Shown here piece after piece: positions 1-9,302 of a stretch of DNA of 64,000 nucleotides; the stretch's first letter is position 1, and each line of letters opens with the position of its first letter. This DNA comes from Chloroflexota bacterium (lineage in GTDB: Bacteria > Chloroflexota > Dehalococcoidia > Dehalococcoidales > UBA2162). The position numbers and the translations under genes are program-made. The notes under the pieces were generated by a model. That model had not been told where the DNA came from. It was given only the letters and a program-made list of their open reading frames with translations, and ran no database searches. The DNA lies in assembly GCA_043804635.1 (NCBI GenBank), contig JAZDIU010000085.1, positions 3,120 through 67,119 of the forward strand, read 5' to 3'.

Positions 1-939
1 AGCATCCAGCAGATGACCCAACCTGTAGACGAGCAGGCGAGCGGTTTCGACCGACACCGCCATATCAGCAACTAGCTGCTTGACCATCTGGAATTCACTC
101 TCTTTTTGACCGAACATCATTCTTTGAGAGGCGTATTTAACCGCTGCATCAAGGCAGGACTGGGCCTGTCCCACACACCTCGATGCTACCGAAAACCTGC
201 CCATCGCTAGGTCAGCGCCAACGATGGTCATACCCTGCCCTTCGGCACCAAGCAAATTCTCCTTGGGGACGCGGACATCATCGAGGAATATCTGCGCCAC
301 ATTGCCCCGCTTCATCGTGCTCATATTTAATGGGGTTACCGTCATACCCGGGGACGGATTTTCCACGAGGAAAGCACAGATTCCTTTGCGTCCCAGCTTT
401 TTATCGATAGTTGCCAGGGTAAAGTAGACATTAGTGTGGCTGGCGTGGGAACAGAAGGTTTTCTGCCCGTTCAATATATAGTAATTGCCGTCCCGTCGGG
501 CGGTTGTTTGAAGGGAAGCGAGGTCGGTCCCTCCACCCGGTTCGGATAGAGCCGACGACCCCTGCATCTCGCCTTTAGCCAGAGGGACCAGATATTTTTG
601 CTTTTGTGCCTCCGTTCCAAAATGAAGAATTCCGGTCTCTACCAGGGAGTTTTGCACCGAGATTATAGAGGCACATACCCAGTCGGCGTAAGCGACCTCT
701 TCACAGATAATGCCGTAGCTCAGGTAATCGAGCCCGGCGCCGCCATATTTCTCGGGGATAAAGGCACCGAGCATTCCCAGCTTGCCCATCTTTCGGACAA
801 TATCCTGAGGGTAGCGCCCTTCTTTTTCCCACTGCTGAACGAAGGGGAAGACCTCTTTTTGGGCAAAATCCCTTGCCATTACCCTGATCATCTTCTGGCT
901 TTCGGTCAATTCGAAATTCCTAAGTTCCTCGGGTCTCAT
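1..939 (-). CDS. Acyl-CoA dehydrogenase (3' end runs off the window)
   Basis: Not in the ORF track; translated by hand. RBS AAAGGAG, ATG at 939, MRPEELRNFELTESQKMIRVMARDFA...IPEKYGGAG...ALSEPGGGTD...LNGQKTF...QRMMFGQ. Frame is open to position 1. Confidence 0.92.
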   Translation of the reverse strand, partial: MRPEELRNFELTESQKMIRVMARDFAQKEVFPFVQQWEKEGRYPQDIVRKMGKLGMLGAFIPEKYGGAGLDYLSYGIICEEVAYADWVCASIISVQNSLVETGILHFGTEAQKQKYLVPLAKGEMQGSSALSEPGGGTDLASLQTTARRDGNYYILNGQKTFCSHASHTNVYFTLATIDKKLGRKGICAFLVENPSPGMTVTPLNMSTMKRGNVAQIFLDDVRVPKENLLGAEGQGMTIVGADLAMGRFSVASRCVGQAQSCLDAAVKYASQRMMFGQKESEFQMVKQLVADMAVSVETARLLVYRLGHLLDA

Positions 940-1023
940 GATGCTCCTTTACACACGGTTAGTTTTGTAATTATTTCCATGCTAAGTTCCATATGATTTT
1001 GGCTGGCTTGCCCCTAATACACA

Positions 1024-1116
1024 GGGGGAGTTTGAGGGGGCGTCAGCCCCCTCATTTTAAAACTATTCCCCTTCCCCTTTCCGAGGGGAAGGGGATATAC
1101 AGGGGATAGGGTTACC
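1024..1116. repeat. REP-like double palindrome (GAGGGG-N-CCCCTC / TCCCCTTCCCC-N-GGGGAAGGGGA family)
   Basis: Two GC-rich hairpins. Related elements occur at about 8591, 20872, 50733 and 51984. Confidence 0.65.
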
Positions 1117-1148
1117 AACCAACTCAAAAGTCATATTAAAGACCCCAC

Positions 1149-1514
1149 CTAGTCTTCTAATTGTTTCGTCTCACTGCCGGCAGATATTACATAGAGATGG
1201 GAGAAATCAGAATCCTTGGTGGCGCCGTGCCAGTGCTTTTCTCCGGCGGGAAAGAGGACGATGTCTCCCGGACCAACGATATTCTCTCCTTTTTCATCGG
1301 CGACAATACCTTTTCCGGCAGTAATAAAAAGAAACTGGTCTCGCGTGTGGGTATGCCACTTATTTCTTGAACCCCTACTAAAATGCACTATAGACGCCGT
1401 CAGGTACTGGCTCATATCTCCGGTGATTATATTCTGGCGGGTTACCTTGCCGCCCGTAAAAAGAGTACCTGTGGCTGGCACGATTGGAATAGAATCCTTT
1501 TTTATTATCTTCAC
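1149..1514 (-). CDS. Cupin domain protein
   Basis: WHTHTRDQ...G-G...PGD...PAGEKHWHGA cupin motifs. Confidence 0.88.
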   Translation of the reverse strand: MKIIKKDSIPIVPATGTLFTGGKVTRQNIITGDMSQYLTASIVHFSRGSRNKWHTHTRDQFLFITAGKGIVADEKGENIVGPGDIVLFPAGEKHWHGATKDSDFSHLYVISAGSETKQLED

Positions 1515-1592
1515 TATGACCTCCGCAAATTTATTTCACTAATCAAGAAACAAACTAAAAATTGGACTCTGTTTATAAAATTTTGGCTTGGA

Positions 1593-2570
1593 TTACTTTG
1601 GCAGTAGTTGTAGCCTTTTCAGCAGGTTTATTATTCCCTCACGTTCTTCTTTAGTCGCATCCAGGTCCGGAGGTCTCACCCGTGCACTTGAGAATACGCC
1701 CGTCGCTACGAGAGCTTCTTTGATGAGAGCCGTCGTCGAGCCAACCCGACCGCCGCTCGAAAATGCAGCGTGCGGAGTGAGTGACGCTGCCCCATAAATA
1801 TGATTTGCGACCGGGGCACACTTTTCCATATAAATGTTCCTAGCTTCAGTATATTTCCCATTTAGGGAAAAGGATATGAAATTGGTCCAGTTTTGCCGTC
1901 CGAGAGCCATAATTCCAGCCTGTGCGCCGTCGGCACCAATCATCATCTGCCCCAGCATATCCACCGTATCTCCAGCGGTGACAAATACCGAGAGTTTGCC
2001 TTTTACTCCGTTCCACATCTGGTAGTAGTCAGCGCAGGTGTAGTTTACTGCCTTCATCGCGACAACTTCCTCGATTTCGTCGGCCATCTTAGCTATGGTT
2101 TCAGTCGGGTATGATAACCCGTACTCTGCCGGGTATTTGAAAAGAGACATCGGCATCTTGACTTTCTCGGCAAATTCTTTGAAAAACTGATATACCACGT
2201 CGGGCCGGTTTCCCAGCCGCTTCATAGAGCGGACATCGAACGGGGGCAGAACTTCAATCATATCGGCACCGGCTGCCTTCGCCTCAAGCGACCTTTTAAC
2301 CAATTCGGACATTCGATTCCCTTCTACGCCAGAAATTATGGGGATTGACCGCGGGACTGTTTTTCTAGCAAGGGTGATGAGCCTCTGACGCTCTTCCGTC
2401 TCAAGTGAATAGATTTGCCCGACTAGAGCGTTTACGTAAACGGCACACAACCCATCCGCTTTACTGATTTCTTTAACATGATTCACATATTCCGGCTCGT
2501 TTATACCTAAGTTCTTGTCATGTGGGACAAGCGCACTGGCGATATATCCTCTTAGCTTCGGGTCCTTCAT
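1593..2570 (-). CDS. Dihydrodipicolinate synthase / N-acetylneuraminate lyase family aldolase (divergent)
   Basis: N-terminal ALVP, L-x-x-EER, AKAAGAD, Schiff-base Lys in VVAMK and C-terminal VRPP. RBS GGAGG. Confidence 0.8.
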   Translation of the reverse strand: MKDPKLRGYIASALVPHDKNLGINEPEYVNHVKEISKADGLCAVYVNALVGQIYSLETEERQRLITLARKTVPRSIPIISGVEGNRMSELVKRSLEAKAAGADMIEVLPPFDVRSMKRLGNRPDVVYQFFKEFAEKVKMPMSLFKYPAEYGLSYPTETIAKMADEIEEVVAMKAVNYTCADYYQMWNGVKGKLSVFVTAGDTVDMLGQMMIGADGAQAGIMALGRQNWTNFISFSLNGKYTEARNIYMEKCAPVANHIYGAASLTPHAAFSSGGRVGSTTALIKEALVATGVFSSARVRPPDLDATKEEREGIINLLKRLQLLPK

Positions 2571-2681
2571 AAATTACCTCCTCACGAATTTAGCCAAAAA
2601 TCTATCAAGAATATAGCATACCGTTATCTTTAAAACAACGGTAGAATTTCGGTGATAGTTTTTGATTGCGACAAAATAATG

Positions 2682-2720
2682 AAACCCTTAACAATGTCTC
2701 TTGACAAGAGTGGTATAATT
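2682..2720 (+). promoter_or_regulatory. Extended -10 promoter with palindrome CTCTTG-A-CAAGAG, duplicated at 7208
   Basis: AAACCCTTAACAATGTCTCTTGACAAGAGTGGTATAAT contains TGnTATAAT. A near-identical copy lies before the second dctP. Confidence 0.6.
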
Positions 2721-2752
2721 CATTCTTGGATTAGAGTACAAGGAGGGTATTA

Positions 2753-4042
2753 ATGAAGAAACTGGGTCTAATCGTGTCATTACTCGTTCTCTTCTCCTTC
2801 CTACCCGGTGTGATCGGATGCGGAGCTCCTACTCCGCCAACGCCAACCTCAACAACACCGACTGTTCAGCCTACGCAAACAGCACCAACACCTACGACTG
2901 AAGTCAAACCCATCAAGCTGAAATATGCCGACTCGCGTGCCCATAAGCCGGGCTATTTTGGGACGATGCCCGAAATGTGGCCCTGGATGAAGGCTGTCGA
3001 GGGAGCAACAAACGGACGGATTGTAATCGATGCCTATCCCAGCGGTTCGCTCGTAACATCACTAGCAGTCGCTGAGACTTCCATTTCTCAGGGTGTTGCC
3101 GACATCGGTTACGGTAACCGGGCGACGGCTGGAACTCTGCCGATGGTTGATGTAATGACTGGACCCGCCCTGTATGGCGATACCAGTGCGACTGAAAACA
3201 CAATGATATATGAGTTTTTCCTCTGGGAGCAGCTCAAAGATGACTGGGCAGCAATGAACCTTATCGACCTCGGTCCGGGGTGTCTTCACGCTTCCCTTCT
3301 CATCACCGCCAAAAAGCCAGTCCGGACTTTCGCTGATGTGAAAGGGCTAACATTGAACTCGATTAACAAATACGATGTGATGATGTTTTCTGATATTGGA
3401 GCGGTAGTCCTCCCAATCAGCAACATCGATGCCTACGATGCAATGGCGAAGGGTATGATAGATGGCGGCATCTGGAACTGGGAAGGACCGTTTATCTTCG
3501 GGTGGATAGATAACTTCAAGCCTGGTTATTATATAGACTGCGGTGGTCTCCGGCGCTCCCTCTGGCCGAACGCAATGATGAACCTGCAGAAGTATAATAC
3601 CATACCTGCCGACCTGCGCCCAACGCTTGATTATATGATATGGCGCTGGGCTAGCGTGTACTTTGGTCAGCGAATCGATGCTCAGGTTCCGATGTTCCAG
3701 AAAGGTGCTGCTGACCGGGGCATTCAATATATCGTCTGGGCTGACGCAGACAAGCAAAAGTTCGTAGACGCCAAGAAAAAGGTAATGGATGCCTGGATTG
3801 CGGAAATGGAAAAGTTGTATAAGCGCGGTGCTGAAGCGAGCGAGCTATTCAAAATGTACAGCGATGCGGCCGCTAAGTATAAACCGCCCGCAGCAGTACC
3901 GATGGAGCCTAAGGTTACTGGTGGGACAGAGGCTGAGTGGAATAAGGTCTTTGGTCCGGGCAGCACCTGGGGTGCGGGCTATAAAGCTTACTCCAACCAG
4001 ACCTCGATTCATAAGCTGGAAGGCAACGAGTTCAAACCCTAA
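2753..4042 (+). CDS. dctP: TRAP transporter substrate-binding lipoprotein
   Basis: Lipobox-like VIGC, Pro/Thr tether, IKLKYA, VEGATNGRI, KKPVRTFADVKGL, YDAMAKGMIDG. Confidence 0.88.
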   Translation: MKKLGLIVSLLVLFSFLPGVIGCGAPTPPTPTSTTPTVQPTQTAPTPTTEVKPIKLKYADSRAHKPGYFGTMPEMWPWMKAVEGATNGRIVIDAYPSGSLVTSLAVAETSISQGVADIGYGNRATAGTLPMVDVMTGPALYGDTSATENTMIYEFFLWEQLKDDWAAMNLIDLGPGCLHASLLITAKKPVRTFADVKGLTLNSINKYDVMMFSDIGAVVLPISNIDAYDAMAKGMIDGGIWNWEGPFIFGWIDNFKPGYYIDCGGLRRSLWPNAMMNLQKYNTIPADLRPTLDYMIWRWASVYFGQRIDAQVPMFQKGAADRGIQYIVWADADKQKFVDAKKKVMDAWIAEMEKLYKRGAEASELFKMYSDAAAKYKPPAAVPMEPKVTGGTEAEWNKVFGPGSTWGAGYKAYSNQTSIHKLEGNEFKP

Positions 4043-4069
4043 AGAGACCCGAAAAGAATTAAACTGAAT

Positions 4070-4105
4070 AATGGGGCAGTGCTAGTCACTGCCCCATTTG
4101 TTTTT
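4070..4105 (+). terminator. Intrinsic terminator
   Basis: 12-bp stem AATGGGGCAGTG/CACTGCCCCATT followed by TGTTTTT. Confidence 0.8.
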
Positions 4106-4236
4106 ATCCAAAAGATGCAACAACCTATTGATTTCGGCCTGGTTCGGAGATATACTCCTATTTTATAAGCGGGTAATGGTAGGTTATCGGGAATAAACCC
4201 GTTTCACCTATGTTTTAGCAGTGGTGTAGAGGAAAT

Positions 4237-7152
4237 ATGAAAAAGACCTCCTTATTACTCGTGTTGGCAATCCTGCTGTCACTGTTTAGCGCCTGCGAAA
4301 CCGTCAGCAATATCAATCAACCCCGCTTTGAAAACTTAACCGACCTCGTGCCATCCTCGGCGAATTTGATGGTCAGCGGCAAGCTCAGCGAATTCGTCAC
4401 CGACCCGGACTTCAAGGCGTTGGCCAAGAGCTTAGCTCGAATATTAGACCCCGCGATAGACTTGGATGTTATGGTAGCGGAGGTCAAGGAACACACTGGA
4501 ATCGATATGACCGCCGTTAATGATGCCCTTCTATTCGTGGATATTACCACTGTTACTCAACAATCACAGCCGCCATATCTGGGGTTGCTATTAAAAGGGA
4601 CTTTTAAGCAAGATGCGATTCTATCTGTTATGAAAGGTTCTTCAGGGCAACGTTTTAGCTCTAAGGACTACAACGGTCATACCATATATTACGATACCGA
4701 TAGTGACTGGCGGTTCGTTTTCCTGGGTAGTAATGTAATGGTTATGGGAACGTTAGAAGAAGTAATCAAGAATATAATAGATACGAGCGAAGGGTCGAAG
4801 CCTAGTATTAGCGGCAGTATCCTGGAAAATTACGGGGCAATAGGTGATACCCTTGTACGTGGTGTTATCAAGCCACCGGCTTACCTTATGCAATTAGCCA
4901 TACTGGGAAGCAGCGATGCCCCATTTGCCGCCAGCCGTATCCTGAACTTAGACCTTGCCACTCTTAGTATTCAAAAGACTGGGAATATCCTTACGACCAG
5001 AGTAAGCGCTCAATACCCGACTGCTGAAGCAGCGACTCAGGCTGAACCCGCCATCAGGGACGGATTAAGCCAGCTCAAGGGAAATATGCCGTTTCCCCGT
5101 GATGCCTCCCTCGCCGCTTTGACGGACAAGCTGCTTGGGAAGGTGCAGGTAAATAGGGGGGACTTAAAAGTAAATCTGGTCTTCGAGATTACAACGTCGG
5201 AGATTATGAGCATTTTAAGTGCCTATCCACCACCGACAAGACCGGTATACCAAACAACTGCACCACCGCCGATAACTGCGCCACCAACTATGGTTCCAAC
5301 AGTGCGCCCGCCCACAGCGACACCTTTCCCACTACCTAAGGAACTAGTCCTTATTTCACCAGACGAAGGTGCCCTGCTGGATAACGGGCGCTTCGATGGC
5401 TATGACCGGATAATCTGGAACTTCGATTGGTCGGATGTTCCGGGCGCAACTCAATACCAGATATATGTTATTGGTGATACATCGCCTGCTCCGACGATAA
5501 ACACCCAAATTAGTTATTCAAATTATCACTGGGAAAATTATGGCTCTATCGGTGGAGGTAATGTAGACCAGAATCGCTTTGGTTGGACCTGGAAGGTCAG
5601 GGCTCTAGTTAACGGAGTCTGGAGCGGGTGGTCGCAGAGGACATTCAATGTCGAACCCGTAGATACCGACCCACGTAGTCCGATTCCGATTACTGTACCC
5701 CCACCGACGACTTCACCACCGACAAGTCCGGTTCCAACAGCTACTCCAACGCCAGTGCCTCCAACGCTACCTCCCCCGACAATAACATTACCTCCGGCAC
5801 CAATTCTTATTTCACCGGCAAGCGGGGCTGTTCTTGACAATGGACGTTATGATGGGCGGGATAACATAGTCTGGGAATTCGATTGGTCCGATACTGCTGG
5901 CGTAAATCAATACCAAATATATGTCGTTGGACCTGACGGGCAATATCCTGTAATAAATTACGCGACCACAAGCTCATATTATGGTATCGCAAGGGCTGGT
6001 TACATAGCTGATTCTAATAGAGTCGGCTGGGTTTGGAAGGTCAGAGGACTGGTTAATGGCGTCTGGAGCGGATGGTCGCAAAGGACATTTAACGTGGAAC
6101 CGGTAGATACCGACCCCCAGGTTCCAGTACCCGTTCCCTCACCCACAACCACACCTCCACCACCTACGATAACCCCAACACCCACGACACCGCCACCGAC
6201 AACCTCGCCGTTCCTAACCCTGAGATTCGCTACCAGTCTTATGCCCACTTCGTCAGAATATCTGGCGGTATATAAACCGATGCTGGATGAAATTGAACAA
6301 AGAAGCAGCGGCAGGATTAAATTCAACGTAATTGCCGGAGCCAGTGCCGCCGACCAGTATAACATTATCACTGCGGGTGTTGTGGACATGGGCGTTACAT
6401 ATTTCAGTTATATAGTGGACAGGTTTCCGCTCAGTGATGCTTTTGCGTTTCCCGCAGCGTACAGTATGACCAACATCTGTGAGGATTTGGTACAGTCACT
6501 AGGTAACCGAATCTTTGCGCTTGCCCCGAGCGAGACTAAAGTACTAGGTTTTTTTCAACAGCAACCCTATTTTCTTTACACTGCAAGTAAACCGGTAAGA
6601 ACTTTAGATGATGTGAAAGGTCTAAAGCTAAGGGCGGCCGGTTCAATGCAGGGAGCGGCGCTTACCTCTCTGGGGGCTGTGCCTATTTCATTGACTTCGG
6701 CAGACCTATACGAGGCCATACAGAGAGGCCTAATTGACGGTGCACTGGCAACTCCGTCAATGGCAGATAGTTTTAGGCTAACTGAAGTGACCAAACACGC
6801 ATTTAGACTTCCATTGGGCTACACAGTGGGGATGATTCATATGAATGCTAATTCATGGTCGAGGATTCCTGACGACCTTAAGCCAATTTTTGAAGAAGTC
6901 TGTGGGAGAGCCCGCTATAATTTTGTGCAGCAGTTTAACACGGACGATGCAAAAGTAAATAGTATTTTAACCGGACTGGGTGGTGCGGTATATACTCCGG
7001 CTGCTGCCGACCTCTTCCAGTGGGCAAACGCTATAAAACCAGTAATCGATAATTGGATTTCCACTACACAAGGTAGGGGTTTGCCGGCTAACGATATGGT
7101 AAACGCCATCAGAGTAGAGTGCCAAAAACAGGGAATACTTTTTCCATATTAA
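4237..7152 (+). CDS. Large multidomain lipoprotein: unknown N-terminal domain, two Fn3-like repeats and a C-terminal TRAP DctP domain
   Basis: Lipobox FSAC. Two ~110-aa repeats (LISP..G..LDNGR.DG.D.I.W.FDWSD...W.WKVR.LVNGVWSGWSQRTFNVEPVDTDP) joined by Pro/Thr linkers. C-terminal DctP motifs KPVRTLDDVKGLKLR and LYEAIQRGLIDG. Confidence 0.8.
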   Translation: MKKTSLLLVLAILLSLFSACETVSNINQPRFENLTDLVPSSANLMVSGKLSEFVTDPDFKALAKSLARILDPAIDLDVMVAEVKEHTGIDMTAVNDALLFVDITTVTQQSQPPYLGLLLKGTFKQDAILSVMKGSSGQRFSSKDYNGHTIYYDTDSDWRFVFLGSNVMVMGTLEEVIKNIIDTSEGSKPSISGSILENYGAIGDTLVRGVIKPPAYLMQLAILGSSDAPFAASRILNLDLATLSIQKTGNILTTRVSAQYPTAEAATQAEPAIRDGLSQLKGNMPFPRDASLAALTDKLLGKVQVNRGDLKVNLVFEITTSEIMSILSAYPPPTRPVYQTTAPPPITAPPTMVPTVRPPTATPFPLPKELVLISPDEGALLDNGRFDGYDRIIWNFDWSDVPGATQYQIYVIGDTSPAPTINTQISYSNYHWENYGSIGGGNVDQNRFGWTWKVRALVNGVWSGWSQRTFNVEPVDTDPRSPIPITVPPPTTSPPTSPVPTATPTPVPPTLPPPTITLPPAPILISPASGAVLDNGRYDGRDNIVWEFDWSDTAGVNQYQIYVVGPDGQYPVINYATTSSYYGIARAGYIADSNRVGWVWKVRGLVNGVWSGWSQRTFNVEPVDTDPQVPVPVPSPTTTPPPPTITPTPTTPPPTTSPFLTLRFATSLMPTSSEYLAVYKPMLDEIEQRSSGRIKFNVIAGASAADQYNIITAGVVDMGVTYFSYIVDRFPLSDAFAFPAAYSMTNICEDLVQSLGNRIFALAPSETKVLGFFQQQPYFLYTASKPVRTLDDVKGLKLRAAGSMQGAALTSLGAVPISLTSADLYEAIQRGLIDGALATPSMADSFRLTEVTKHAFRLPLGYTVGMIHMNANSWSRIPDDLKPIFEEVCGRARYNFVQQFNTDDAKVNSILTGLGGAVYTPAAADLFQWANAIKPVIDNWISTTQGRGLPANDMVNAIRVECQKQGILFPY

Positions 7153-7207
7153 CGTTCGCTGTTTCTTCATACCTGCTTTCCACCTCGGCTGAAGAATCCA
7201 CGACTGA

Positions 7208-7246
7208 AAACCCTTAACAATGCCTCTTGACAATGGTGATATAATT
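7208..7246 (+). promoter_or_regulatory. Second copy of the dctP promoter region
   Basis: AAACCCTTAACAATGCCTCTTGACAATGGTGATATAAT. Confidence 0.6.
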
Positions 7247-7280
7247 CTATAAACAGATTTAGAAGTTGAGGAGGTGTCTG

Positions 7281-8567
7281 ATGAAGAAACTGGGTCTAAT
7301 CGTGTCATTACTCGTTCTCTTCTCTTTCCTCCCCGGTGTGATTGGATGCGGACCAGCCACACCGACAACGCCAACCACACCCACAATCACTCCAACTACT
7401 CCCACGACTTCAACAACCCCAACAACGTCCTTCCAACCCATCAAACTGAAATATGCCGACCAGCGCGCCCACAAACCAGGCTATTTCGGGACGTTCCCGG
7501 AACCCTATACCTGGCAAAAATCAGTCGAGGCAATGACTAACGGCCGGATTACTTTTGAAAACTATCCCAATCAATCGCTGTTCCCACAGTCCGTGGCCTG
7601 GGAGTCCATATCTAAGGGTATTGCTGATGTTGGTTACGGCGGTCTGAAGCCGGCGGGAATCATGCCGCTGGATGATGTGACGAGTCTGCCCGCATTACAC
7701 GGTGAATCAACTGCAGTCGAAAACGGCATTATTTGGAATTTCATCTTATGGGATACTCTCGAAAAAGACTACGTCAAGATGAATCTCACCAATCTGGCGC
7801 GAGATGTCCATCACCCCCAACTTATCGTAACTGCCAAGAAACCGGTCCGGTCTGTAGCTGACCTGAAGGGAATGACATTTATGTCAACCACCCGAACTGT
7901 TATCCAGTTATTTACCTCCATCGGAACGATAATGGTCCCGGTCACCAATGTAGATGGTTTTGAAGCCTTACAGAAGGGCATAGCTGATGGTGGTGTGTGG
8001 AACTGGGAGGGCCCTGCCATTTTTGGATGGTGGGATGCCTTCAAGCCTGGCTATTACATTGATGCTGGTGGCGTCCTCCGCACAGGTGCCGGGTCGAATG
8101 CCATTATGAATAAGCAAATTCATGATAATCTCCCCAAAGACCTGATAGAGACATTTGACTACCTAACATACCGCTGGTTTGGCATCTACTTCTGGTTCCA
8201 GGATGACGCGATTGCCCCGATGTTTAAAAAGGAAGCCGAAAAACGAGGTATCCAGTATATCGTCTGGTCTGATGAAGAAAAGGCGAAGCTAAACACATAC
8301 AAGGTTAAACTCGTTGACGATTGGATTGCAGAAATAGAGAAATTCTATAAGCGCGGCGCCGAAGCGGCCGAAATAGTGAAAATGTATGACGCGGCCGCTG
8401 AGAAATACGTCCCTCCGAATCCTGTGCCATTACAGGTTCAGGTTGGTGGTGCTCAGGCTGAGTGGGATAAGGTCTTCGGACCGGGCAGTACTTGGGGCAT
8501 CGGCTACAAAGCCTACTCCACCCAGACATCGATTCACAAACTTACGAATAACGAGTTTAAACCCTGA
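7281..8567 (+). CDS. dctP: TRAP substrate-binding lipoprotein, paralog of 2753-4042
   Basis: Identical signal peptide MKKLGLIVSLLVLFSFLPGVIGCG and shared C-terminus IHKL..NEFKP. Start moved to the ATG at 7281 after GGAGGTG. Confidence 0.88.
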   Translation: MKKLGLIVSLLVLFSFLPGVIGCGPATPTTPTTPTITPTTPTTSTTPTTSFQPIKLKYADQRAHKPGYFGTFPEPYTWQKSVEAMTNGRITFENYPNQSLFPQSVAWESISKGIADVGYGGLKPAGIMPLDDVTSLPALHGESTAVENGIIWNFILWDTLEKDYVKMNLTNLARDVHHPQLIVTAKKPVRSVADLKGMTFMSTTRTVIQLFTSIGTIMVPVTNVDGFEALQKGIADGGVWNWEGPAIFGWWDAFKPGYYIDAGGVLRTGAGSNAIMNKQIHDNLPKDLIETFDYLTYRWFGIYFWFQDDAIAPMFKKEAEKRGIQYIVWSDEEKAKLNTYKVKLVDDWIAEIEKFYKRGAEAAEIVKMYDAAAEKYVPPNPVPLQVQVGGAQAEWDKVFGPGSTWGIGYKAYSTQTSIHKLTNNEFKP

Positions 8568-8590
8568 TAGTCATGTGTGCCAGGGTGTAT

Positions 8591-8660
8591 AAGAGGGGCT
8601 AACGCCCCTCTTAAAATAAAACTCTCTATCCGTAAACGGAGAAGGGTCAGGGGTTAGGCT
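8591..8660. repeat. REP-like palindrome (AAGAGGGGC-N-GCCCCTCTT)
   Basis: Same family as 1024 and 20872. Confidence 0.6.
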
Positions 8661-8726
8661 AATAAGACCTGCCCGGGGGCAACGTGGAAATTAAAAAGCA
8701 TTGCCCCAAATCGTATCGAGGGACAA

Positions 8727-9287
8727 ATGCTGGGTAAGATAGGCAATTGGTTCTCCGAGATATTTTTATATAAGGCTTCTGTATGGCTGGGCAGATTAGT
8801 CACGCTGTGCATGCTTATTGCCATGGCAATCACCCTGGTGATGGTTACTGTCCGCAAGTTGTTTGTCGCCATCGGCTTGAATCTAGGTGGTCTGGTCGGT
8901 GCTTATGAAATTACACAAATCCTGATGGTTTTCATTTTTTCCTGTGCCTTTGCCTACACCTGGTATGAAGCGGGGCACATGCGTATCGGGCTGTTCCGAG
9001 ATAAAATGCGGGAAAGGCCCAAGGCTGTTCTGGATGCGGTCAGTGCCTTCCTGGGAATGCTCTTAGTCCTGATTTATGCCGTGGGAACTTTCCTTCATGC
9101 CAGGAATTTCTTTAACACACCCAGTTACTCGTTCATTAGCCACATACCGCTGCTTCCTTTTATGATGGTAATCCCGGTGATAATGGCTCATAGTTTCCTC
9201 GTCCTGCTGAGGTCCCTTATCGGTCTCACCAGTAAAGCTATGGGCAAACAATTTGCCCGTGAGCCCTACCTCCGAGAGGAATATTAA
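8727..9287 (+). CDS. dctQ: TRAP small permease
   Basis: Four hydrophobic segments, GAYEITQILMV, GHMRI. Lies between dctP and dctM. Confidence 0.88.
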   Translation: MLGKIGNWFSEIFLYKASVWLGRLVTLCMLIAMAITLVMVTVRKLFVAIGLNLGGLVGAYEITQILMVFIFSCAFAYTWYEAGHMRIGLFRDKMRERPKAVLDAVSAFLGMLLVLIYAVGTFLHARNFFNTPSYSFISHIPLLPFMMVIPVIMAHSFLVLLRSLIGLTSKAMGKQFAREPYLREEY

Positions 9288-9302
9288 GAGTAAGAGTCAA
9301 AG

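Noticed and set aside
598-996. 132-aa plus-strand ORF and the many other short ORFs antisense to recognised genes
   Set aside because: They are shadow frames of well-supported CDSs (here the acyl-CoA dehydrogenase), with no motifs or RBS.
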